NCBI GenBank assembly: GCA_009602735.1
Contig: WELA01002483.1
Location: forward strand, 41,003-105,002
DNA length: 64,000 bases
Source of the DNA: Mesotaenium endlicherianum
Taxonomy: Eukaryota
Reading direction: 5' to 3'
Shown: piece by piece, positions 50,401 through 61,022 of the stretch
How the letters are laid out: each line of letters starts with the position of its first letter
Numbering within the stretch: the stretch's first letter is position 1
Program-made: the position numbers and the translations under genes
Notes under the pieces: generated by a model
The model's database searches: none
Seen by the model: only the letters and a program-made list of their open reading frames with translations
What the model was told of the DNA's origin: nothing

Positions 50401-53400
50401 TTTTGAGTTTCATGAAAGTATGTTTTGATTGTATAGTAGTGTAGAGTACATTTTTGTGGTCATTTTGATATAAAGTTCATCAAATTTGGTCAAGTATTGA
50501 GAGAGTTACGGATTTCCGAAGTTTAATTAGTTTTGAGGTCGGTTGACGACTGTCCTTAATTCGCGATGAGCGCGACCGTCGGATAGACCGACAGCGTCGA
50601 GCGATCTGGCCCGTTAGAATGAACTCGAACCTTCACGTAAGTTCGGCTGACGCCGACTAGGTCGATTTACCTAGAAGTTTCGGTTTAGCCTAGCGCGTCT
50701 AAGATAGAATATTCTAGTAATGTCGATGCATGTATGTGGACGTCAATTCGGCCCGACACGTCAGATTAGACTGATCTGGCTTACTCACGAATATTCTGGA
50801 AGGGACGATTTGACGAACACTTAGGAAAATCCGTAGCTTCCTCCTAGGGAGGAGCACTTAGGCAGAAAATTATAAATAGGCATAACTTCTTTGTTTCTTA
50901 TCAGTCTTCACTTCTGTAAATTTCTACGGGTTTGTAATGACAAGGCCTTTCATCCGACATCGTTTGTGAGCAGGTTCTTGCTACTCAAAATGTTAAGTAA
51001 TTTTCCTAAGCTCTGTTAGTGATATGCCGCTGCACTCTCTAGTATGATGGCAACTAGTTCCTTTCCTCGTGAGTCACTACGCTTGCACTAGGGCACTTTG
51101 TCCCTTTCATCTGGTATCGAAGCTGGGCTAGTTTGCATATTATATTATGGAGTCGCAGTCGGCAGCTGGAGGAGGCGAACATGTCGAGCATGTTAAGCGC
51201 GCGGGGCAACAGGCAGCACCAACGATGACTAGAGAGCAACAAGAAATGCAGGCGATGCTAAGGCAAATGGCAAATGCAATTGGAGGAGAAGTCTACACAC
51301 AATTTCAACAAAATATGCGCGCGGAGGTGGAGAGAATGGTGCGAGTTGTTATGGGGAACGCCGCTTCGACGAGTTCGGCACCTGCACCCGTTGTACCACC
51401 AATTCATGTTAACCCAGTGGTGCAACCAGTTATTCCACCCGCATCAGGAGTGCGTGCGCCTAAGCCTGAAGTTTATACTGGAGAGCGTGGATCGCCGCCT
51501 CTTCATCAATGAATTTTTGGAGTGAAGAAATTTATGGAGTACTCTGCGCTCACGCCCGACAGGCAAGTCGCCTTTGTCATAACCTTGCTGCAGAAGAGTG
51601 CTGGAGCTTGGTATGAACGAGAAGAGCAGCTGTCTGGAGTCCCTGCTACTGTTGATGAGCTATTTGAAGGCTTGAAGAGGCAAGTTCAACCTATTGCGCC
51701 CGAGGCTACCGCTCGAGATCTATTGGTGCGCCTTCGTCAACGAGCAAGCGTTCAAGAGTATGTGTCGCTCTTCAACGAGCTGGTGCTTCAATGTCAATCC
51801 ATGCACGAGTCGGAGATGATGGACAAGTTCAAGAGGGGACTCAAGCCAACTGTGGCCAAGGAAGTGGCGCTCAAGGACCCTACCAGTCTTGGAGAAATGA
51901 TGGCATTGGCAACAAGGGTCGACGCTGTGGAGTATAGTCAGAGGCAGTGGGGCAGCCACAACTTTGGAGGATATCGACACTTTGGATCTCAAGCGCCCAG
52001 CACGAGTGTTCAAGGTCCAGCACCCATGGAGTTGGGACTTGTGCAGTACCAGCGAAGGCAGCAGAATTTCAAGCCGAGAGGACCCTGCTATAATTGCGGC
52101 AAGCTTGGACATCTGGCTCGAGACTGTGACGTGAAGACGAAGCAACCTCAACAGCAGGAAAAAGGAGGACGCCAATAAGTCGTTCTAGGGTGTCTACTGG
52201 CGTGAAGACGAGAACTCACAAGGAGGTTATCCCCAGGAGCCTGCCGAGAAGCAAAGGACGAGACGTTGACAAGCCTATCATCGTGGAAGGAGTGGTCGAC
52301 GGCAACAATGCGAAGTGTATGGTCGACAGTGGCGCAAGTGCAAACTTTGTGCACAAGAAGCTGGTGAAAGAGTGGCGAATCCCTGTGCAGAAGCATTATG
52401 AGCCTAAGGAGGCAATTTTGGCAAATGGGCAGAGACTCAAGTGTGGTGCACCTACGGAAGCTATTCACGTGGAAGTAGCGGGGCACCGGAGTAAGGAAGT
52501 TATGGAGCAGGCAGAGTTGGGTCACCATGAGGTGATATTGGGCCGACCATGGCTAAGGAAAGCCAACCCTCAAGTGCACTGGAGCACAGGACAAGTGAAA
52601 GTCCAAGGGCGTGATGGTCGAATGGAGACAGCGAAACAGGTGGAGGTAGATACGACCACAAGTAACTGTCTTCTGTCGAGCCTGCAAGTTAAGAAGCTAT
52701 GCAGGGCGAATCAGGTGAAGGAGATGTACCTTGTTTCGGTGGCCCTGGCCAGGTCATCAGATGGAGCAAGCGTGAATCCTAACAGCCTGGGCGAATGTAC
52801 ATCGCCGGAGGAGCAAGTAGTGGTGTCTGATCCCCTTGCTCAGAAGGAGCAGAGCCCAACTGCTCAAGAGAAGAAGCCTGCTGAGATGCCTGCCCAAATT
52901 AAGGCGCTGTTGGAGGAGTTCAAGTGCGTGTTTCCTGAGGAACTACCTACAGGATTACCTCCACAGAGAGCTATGGAGCACAAGATCGAGTTGGAACCAG
53001 GGAGCAAGCCACCAGTGAGATCCGCCTATCGACAATCGTTTGCGGAGTTGGATGAGTTGAAGAAGCAGCTGGCAGAGTTGTTGGAGAAGGGATTCATCCG
53101 ACCCAGCGAGTCTCCATTTGCAGCGCCAGTCTTATTTGTGAAGAAGAAGGATGGGACTATGAGGATGTGTGTCGACTACCGGGCACTCAACAAGGTGACC
53201 ATCAAGAACAGGTACCCACTTCCACGAGTGGACGAGTTGATTGACAGGCTTGTCGGGGCGAAGTATTTCTCGAAGATCAATTTGAGGAGTGGCTATCACT
53301 AGGTACGGATTGCGGAAGGAGACGTTTAGAAGACTGCTTTTAGAACTCGCTATGGTTTATTCGAGTTCACAGTCATGCCTTTTGGATTGACTAATGCACC

Positions 53401-56400
53401 TGCTACATTCATGGGACTCATGAATAGTATCTTCAGACCCTACTTGGACCAGTTTGTGGTTTTATTTTTGGACGACATACTGATCTATTCGAAGACCTTA
53501 GAGGAGCATGTGGGGCATCTGAGGAAGGTGTTGGAGGTCTTGAGAGATCAAAAGCTGTATGGGAAGATGAGCAAGTGCGACTTCTGTCTCAAGGAGGTCG
53601 AGTTTCTCGGACACATAGTGGGAGCTGAAGGAGTCAAGGTGGAGCAGAAGAAGGTGCAAGCAGTCAGAGATTGGCCGGTACCTGCTGATATTCATCAACC
53701 CAGGAGTTTCCTCGGCATGGCGAATCATTACCGACGTTTCATTGAAGGATTTGCCAAGGTGTGTGCACCGCTCACGGACATGTTGAAGAAACAGGAGAAG
53801 TGGCTATGGGGTGACAAGGAGCAACAAGCCTTCGAGAAGATTAAGGAGCTGATGACACAGGCACCTGTGTTGACAATTGCAAGTCCAGAGCTTCCTTTCA
53901 CCATCATCACGGACGCATCAAACTTTGCAGTGGGAGCCATTCTTCTCGAGGACCAGGGCAAAGGATTGCAGCCTGTGGCATATGAGAGCAGAAAGTTGAG
54001 TCCTGCGGAGCAGAACTTTGCAGCACACGAGCGAGAGATGTTGGCTATTATCCAGGCTTTGAGGATTTGGCGATATTATGTGGACGGCCGGAAGGTTTTC
54101 ATCAAGACCGACCACAAGAGCTTGGAGAAGTTTATGACGCTGCCAACGTTGACACCAAGACAGGCAAGGTGGATGGAGTTTCTGCAACAGTTCGACCACA
54201 AGATTGAGTACTTACCTGGGAAGATCAACCCTGCAGACGCTCTATCCAGGAGGTGTGACCTTGCAGCTGTTTCAGTCATCAAGGAGAATATGGACTTCAA
54301 GGAGAAGCTTCAAAAAGGTTATGAGGAGGACCCAGAGTTTGCTGATGGTGGAGGAGCTTAGTCCAACTCGAGTATGCAGAAGAAAGACGGCATATGGTAT
54401 TATGGTGATTCCAAGAGAGTGGTGGTACCTGACATCAAGGAGCTACGAGACTTACTACTTGCGGAGCATCATGACTGCTTATATGCTGGACACTTTGGAA
54501 GCGAGAAGACGGCAAGCGTGCTGAAGCGGGAATACTACTGGAGAAATATGGACAAGGGCATCGAGGAGTGGATCAGGAGTTGCGATGCGTGCCAGAGAAA
54601 CAAGACACCAAATCAAAAGAAGGGAGGTACATTGCGGCCCCTGCCTATTCCAGAGTACCCTTGGGAGCAGATTGCTATGGACTTCATCACATCCTTACCA
54701 GTCAGTGGTCAAGGGCACGATGCCGTATGGGTAGTGTCTGACAGACTCAGCAAGATGGCTCACTTCATTCCCATAAAGGAGACTTCTACGGCAGCAGATG
54801 TGGCACGGCTATTCTTTGATCATATTTTCAGGCTACATGGGTTGCCGAAGGTGATTGTTTCAGATCGGGATCCAAGGTTTACTAGCAACTTTTGGCGATC
54901 ATTGTTTACTTTGATGGGGACCAAGCTGAGTATGAGCACTTCCTATCACCCTCAGACATATGGGCAGAGTGAGAGGCTCAACAGAACTCTGCAAGAGGTG
55001 CTCAGGAGTTTCACTATGGAGGACCCTTCAGAGTGGGAGAAGAAGCTGCCAGGACTGGAATTTGCCTACAACAACAGCATGCAGGGATCGACCAAGCAGT
55101 CACCATTCGCTATGGTTTATGGGCGAGAAGTATATCATCCAAGGAACATCTTGTTGGAGAAGGCCAAGGAGACTCAAGTTCCTACTACACAAGCTTTTAT
55201 GGAGCAGGTGGCCAAGACTTGGGATATGGCGAAGACGTGTATTCAGAAGGCACAGGAAAAGCAGGTCAAGCATGCTAACAAGCACAGGAGGGAAGTGACA
55301 TTCCATGTGGGCGACAAAGTACTCTTGTCAACAGAGAACCTACCTTTCACAGGCAAGAGGAAACTGCGGGCACGGTTTACAGGTCCCTTTGTAGTGCTCA
55401 AGCAGGTGAATCCAGTGGCCTACAAGTTGGAACTTCCTTCAGGCTGGCGTATCCATGATGTGTTCCATGTCAGTTGTCTGCGGCCATACGTTGACCCGAA
55501 TGAAGGACATCCAGGACGACTACCTACACCGCCACCACCGGTCGAGATCGATGATGTATTGGAGTATGAAGTGGAGGCGATTGTCGGCGATCGACGAGTC
55601 AAGCGAGGTCAACGATTTGTCCAAGAGTATCTGGTCAAGTGGAAAGGCTACCATGCGGACGACAACACTTGGGAGCCAGAGGCCAACTTGACTCATTGTA
55701 AGAGTAAGTTGAGACGTTATCTGCAGAATGCGTCGAGGACGTCGCATCTTGAGGAGGGGGATGATGTAAGGTCATAGGTTTATAAAGTGCATTTTTGAGT
55801 TTCATGAAAGTATGTTTTGATTGTATAGTAGTGTAGAGTGCATTTTTGTGGTCATTTTGATATAAAGTTCATCGAATTTGGTCAAGTATTGAGAGAGTTA
55901 TGGATTTCCGAAGTTTAATTAGTTTTGAGGTCGGTTGACGACTGTCCTTAATTCGCGGTGAGCGCGACCGTCGGATTGACCGACAGCGTCGAGCGATCTG
56001 GCCCGTTAGAATGAACTCGAACCTTCACGTAAGTTCGGCTGACGCGGAGTGCCGACTAGGTCGATTTACCTAGAAGTTTCGGTTTAGCCTAGCGCGTCTA
56101 AGATAGAATATTCTAGTAATGTCGATGCATGTATGTGGACGTCAATTCGGCCCGACACGTCAGATTAGACTGATCTGGCTTACTCACGAATATTCTGGAA
56201 GGGACAATTTGACGAACACTTAGGAAAATCCGTAGCTTCCTCCTAGGGAGGAGCACTTAGGCAGAAAATTATAAATAGGCATAACTTCTTTGTTTCTTAT
56301 CAGTTTTCACTTCTGTAAATTTCTACGGGTTTGTAATGACAAGGCCTTTCATCCTACATCATTAGTGAGCAGTTTCTTGCTACTCAAAATGTTGAGTAAT

Positions 56401-56838
56401 TTTCCTAAGCTTTGTTAGTGATATGCCGCTGCACTCTCTAGTATGATGGCAACTAGTTCCTTTCCTCGTGAGTCACTACGCTTGCACTAGGGCACTTTGT
56501 CCCTTTCACGCTAGGCTACTTCGAAACATCTAGGTAAATCGACCTAGTCGGCAATCCGCGTCAGCCGAACTTACGTGAAGGTTCGAGTTCATTCTAACGG
56601 GCCAGATCGCTCGACGCTGTCGGTCAATCCGACGGGCGCGCTCACCGCAAATTAAGGACAGTCGTCAACCTACCTCAAAACTAATTAAATTTCGGAAATC
56701 CATAACTCTCTCAATACTTGACCAAATTCAATGAACTTTACATCAAAATGACCACCAAAATGCACTCTATACTACTACACAATCAAAACATACTTTTATG
56801 AAACTCAAAAATGCACTTTATAAACTTATGACCTTACA
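47479..56838 (-). mobile_element. Family F2 chromovirus, element C, internally deleted; its 5' LTR (49955-50372 + 56514-56838) is split by element E
   Basis: TSD cagat at 47474-47478 and 56839-56843; PBS next to 49955; gag 48887-49917; protease/RT 47670-48875; deletion from mid-RT to the distal part of the 3' LTR (47479-47652). Confidence 0.9.
50373..56508 (+). mobile_element. Family F2 chromovirus, element E, full length with point stops
   Basis: LTRs 50373-51109 and 55765-56508; TSD agcta/cgcta; PBS TGGTATCGAAGC; PPT GAGGAGGGGGATGA; gag 51147-52178 (stop at 51510); pol ~52150-55777 (stops ~53300, ~53327, ~54359) with chromodomain. Confidence 0.95.
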
Positions 56839-58908
56839 CAGATGCTGGAGCAATTTCAAGTCGAGATCGACTACAAACCAGGGAAGTTGAATCCTGCTGA
56901 TGCACTCTCTAGAAGACCTGACTTGCAAGAAAGGAACTTTAGTCAGCATGTTGTAGATAAAGTCCTGTGTGCACTCATTTTACCAAAGGTGAAAAAGTCC
57001 TTCCTTGAACAACTTAGGAAAGCCTACCTTTCTGACCCAACATTTGAGCCCAGCCCTACTGATGGTGTGTGTCCTGCTACGGCACTCGGGTATAAGCTTA
57101 AGGGAGGGGCCTGGGTGACTGAAACTACTTCAAGCAGGCTGAAGCTGGTCATTCCTAATAACTTGGAAATAAGGTCCCTTTTTTTGAGTCAAGCACATGA
57201 CAGTTTACTGGGTGGGCATTTGGGGCACGCCAAAACTGTTGGCAAACTGGCAAAACATTATCATTGGGAGGGATTACCTCGGGAGGTCTTGAAATATTTG
57301 AAGTCGTGTGACCAGTGTCAAAGAAATAAGTCTAGGCACAAACCACCGGGAGGTCTCTTGCAACCGCTGCCCATCTCAGCGGGACGCTGGGAAACTATAT
57401 CCATGGACTGGGTGGTCACACTGCCACGAACTGCCAATGGGCATGATTCGATACTGGTAGTCGTGGATAAATTGACAAAAATGGTCATCTTCATCCCCAC
57501 AACTGTCAAAGTAACTGCACTCAAAACAGCGAGACAGTTCTACAACCATGTAGTATGCCACCAAGGGCTACCCTCTAATATAATCTCAGACAGAGACTCA
57601 AAATTTACCTCTAAGTTATGGAGGGCTTTAATGGGGTTAATGGGAGTCAAACAGCTGCTCAGCACAGCAAACCACCATCAGACTGATGGCAGACTGAGAG
57701 AACTAACCGAGTAGTGCAAGAGGTACTAAGAGCCTATATTAACCGAAAACAAGATAATTGGGATGACCTGTTACCTCAAATCCAGTTTGCGGTCAACAGT
57801 GCGGTGCACGCGTCAACGGGCAAGACTCCTTTTGAACTAAGCCTGGGTAGAGTCCCTAAGTCTCCTTTAGATGTCCTAGGGGAGTCTTTAACTCACCCTG
57901 AAGGGATTGACAATCCGATCTCCCTCCAGTTAACTCAGGAGTTTGCTGACACCCTGTCAGAAGTCCAGCAGAACCTGCACAGAGCCCAAGAAAACCAACA
58001 AAAGTACGCTAATCAGCACCGTCGAGAACTGACCTTTTCTAAAGGCGATTTGGTCAAACTGCATTCTCAGCACCTGTACCTCCCTGGTGTGGTCAAGAAA
58101 AAGCTTGGTCCTGTCTGGGTCCGTCCATATTTGGTGGTGCGCCGTGTCGGTCAGAATGCTTACAAACTGAACATGTCAGCAGAATACAAGGGTCACCCGG
58201 TCTTTAATGTCTCCTTCCTGGAACCATATATCAAGGGGACACACTGTTCACAGGTCGGTTACCTGTCCAACCGAGACCGGTCCCCGCTGTTCGGGACGGC
58301 GACCCTGAGGAATATGAGGTTGAGGAGATTTTAGACGCGCGCTCGGTTGGTCGATCGTCTAAACATGTCATGAAGTACCTCATTCGATGGAAGGGTTACG
58401 ATGCCTCAGGGGACACTTGGGAATTTAAAGACCATTTGGAATGAAATAATGCCAAAGGGGTGTTGAAACGGTTCCACCTTCGGGCGGCTGGAGCACCTCC
58501 CTATTAGTCATTTCAATTGACACGGGAAGGTGACAGGAGGTCCTGTCTCCGTTTAAGTTGGAGGGGAAAATATATTATAGTTAGTGTGCGAGAGCGAGAA
58601 AGGGACAGTTAGGGACAATTATGTGAACCCTAAGTGTCAGCATAGTGCCAGAGGGGACAGCCTGGCCCACATAAACCACCTTTAGCTGAAGGAAAAAGGG
58701 CCTCGCACAGCCATACATCACTTAACACACCTGAAAATACATTCATATGTTTGTATCTAGCGCACCGCAACTACGTCAACTACTAGCAAGCACCCTGTAA
58801 GGTAAACAGGAACGAATACAGCATACTAATATGAACTTACTCCCTTCCTGCAACTTCTAGGACAAAGGTCGATATCCGACTAACTGGTGCCCTGGTTACA
58901 TGTGCAGA

Positions 58909-60495
58909 ATGGCTCCCACCACACAAAAGGAGGACAGAAAGCGCAAGGCAGAAGAAGCCAGGAGGACAATGGAGCAATACCAGAAGGAGCTGGCGGCCCT
59001 CACCAGGAGAGAACAAGAAAGGGTACGCAAATAGCAAGAGGCGGCAAAAGACGCACAGAGGAAGAAGGATTAGGAAGCGGAAAACCTCAGGAAAGCTGAG
59101 GAGGAGAGACAGAAGAAATAACAAGAAGGAGCGGCAGCGGCAGAGGAGGAGAGAAGGAAAAAGGTTGAAGCGGACAGGCAAAAGAGCTTGGCCACTTACA
59201 GGTACACTGTGGTGGGTGGCCAAAACTCTGATAACCTGAAGGAAGCATTGCTGGCAGCCCAGGAGATCAACAAGTTGGAACAGACAACACTGCTATGGAG
59301 GGAAGGAACTGCAGCACTGGATAGGTACATTGAGACACACACTGGTGTGGTCCTCTACGAGGATTATGCCAAGTTGGTGGGCTATACAGAAGAGCAGGCC
59401 CGGTACCTTGCAGATGATTCAGAGAACAAGCCAGTCCCCATACCGGGAATAGTGGAAGATCAGAGACTCATCAGGATGGTGAGCATGCGGCCCGATAGCG
59501 TTAAGGATACGGTATTCTACCTCACACTGCTGCCAGCTTACAATAAAGTTGAGAAAAGGAGCTGGGAGTACTTTGCCAGGGAAGCAGGACAGCAGATGTT
59601 CTCTCCCCACTGGTTCCCATGTAAACTGAGAAAGGCTGAGCATGGACCCCAGTACTACCAGCAGCCAACAGACTGGAGGTGGATGACCGTCACAAACAAA
59701 AAGCAGGAGTGTGACCGAGCCCAACCCGACGATTTCCACTATGGCCTAAACGGCTACCTCATCCTACCACCTCACATTGCCCCTTGGGATCCCAGGCTGA
59801 ATGGCTGCCTGAGCAATATGAATGCAGAGACCAAAGAGCTCAGGAGGAGGGGGAGAGACTACTTCTCTAAGGGAAAGCATGCCTTCGTCAAATGGGCGAA
59901 GAATGCAGGCCGGATAGATATTAGCAGGCTGAAGGCCAAGCAACCTCCAATGCGCCCTAAGAAAGGGAGATCAGTAGACTACTCCATATCTACCAAAGAG
60001 CAGGACGACTTAGTTGACGAGACTCCTACTCTCTTAGAGGAGGAGGATGAGGGGGATGAGGAAGAAGAACAAGGCAAAGGAGAAATGTCAGGAGCTGGCA
60101 CTCAGGATACCCAGGGGCAGGCAGGGGCACTTTCTAAGGAACCAAGATCAGGTATATGGAACGTGATCCCGATCATGGAGGCAATTGGATTCCGCACTCG
60201 CTCCCCAAGCCCACCTGCCCAAGCAGGGGAAGAAGCTGATCTGACTGTACTTGGCAGCAGACACAGGCAAAAATCCCCAGAGGACAGGGGTTTCAGAAGA
60301 GGGCCACGCGGGGTGGCCAGAGGTATGCCGGCCTCCCCCTTCGCTTAGGGACATGTACCTCTTGCCAATGTATTTCAGCATCCTACTGGAATGCCTGTCT
60401 ATGTGGGGATCAATACCCAAGTGGGTGAAGAGCAGGATACCATCCTTCGTTCTCCTCAAGGTCCAACTTTAGAACAAACGGGGTTCTTTAGAAGG
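58909..60495 (+). pseudogene. Extra ORF of family F1 (unknown protein, ~540 aa when reconstructed)
   Basis: Starts MAPTTQKEDRKRKAEE..; stops at ~59031, ~59071, ~59118 and 60346; homologous copies at 62613-63295 (-) and 43079-43309 (-). Confidence 0.8.
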
Positions 60496-61022
60496 TGTAA
60501 TGAATCAGTATACTGGTTGACATAATATTCATTTAAATAATATAGTTAAATAAGTTCAGCCTGCTGAACTCTAGTTAACAATTAGTCTGCTGGACTTTAT
60601 ACTTAATATCAGTTAAATGGCTCAAGTCGAAAGTAGCAGGCTGAGGTCGCCGTTAGTCAGCTTGCTGACACATTCTTTGACAGCCAACTGACTTCCGTAC
60701 TCGGTAGCAGCGAACTGCCTCGATATGCATCTAAGTGTGATATGCTAGATGAATGGCCAGATGACATCCCTATGATGGATGGCGATTCGGGATGATGGGA
60801 GATGGCGGTGGATTTGGTTAACCGAGGTCCTACGAACGTGGTTAACTCCCGGGTAGGCGGTACCATCGCATTGACCGTTGAACAGTAAACTCATTCCATG
60901 TACATATGCTAGGCATTGCTCTCGAGTTCGGTATTCGGAAACGAGGCCAATTCCCTTGTACAGCTTACTGAGAGCGATTTGAATCCAAGGCGAGAAGCCA
61001 TTAATACGCACTGTCTTCTACC
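60496..61022 (+). mobile_element. Family F1 LTR (element F) inserted in the extra ORF of B and split by G
   Basis: Begins TGTAATGAATCAG; visibly diverged from B's 5' LTR in the U3 part and not preceded by the PPT seen in A. Confidence 0.8.

Larger units (their letters stand above)
43311..60495 (+). mobile_element. Family F1 chromovirus, element B (5' LTR 43311-44033, gag, pol, extra ORF); interrupted by C/E and F/G
   Basis: TG..CA LTR; PBS TGGTATCAGGGC; gag with CYHCQQLGHYREQC; RT FLDD; pol resumes in frame across TSD cagat (RWSQ|MLEQF); chromodomain EYEVEEI..YLIRWKGY..DTW at ~58310-58430. Confidence 0.92.

Noticed and set aside
60496..61022. Interpretation as the 3' LTR of element B
   Set aside because: Too diverged from B's 5' LTR, and it lacks the ORF end and PPT that precede the 3' LTR in element A.
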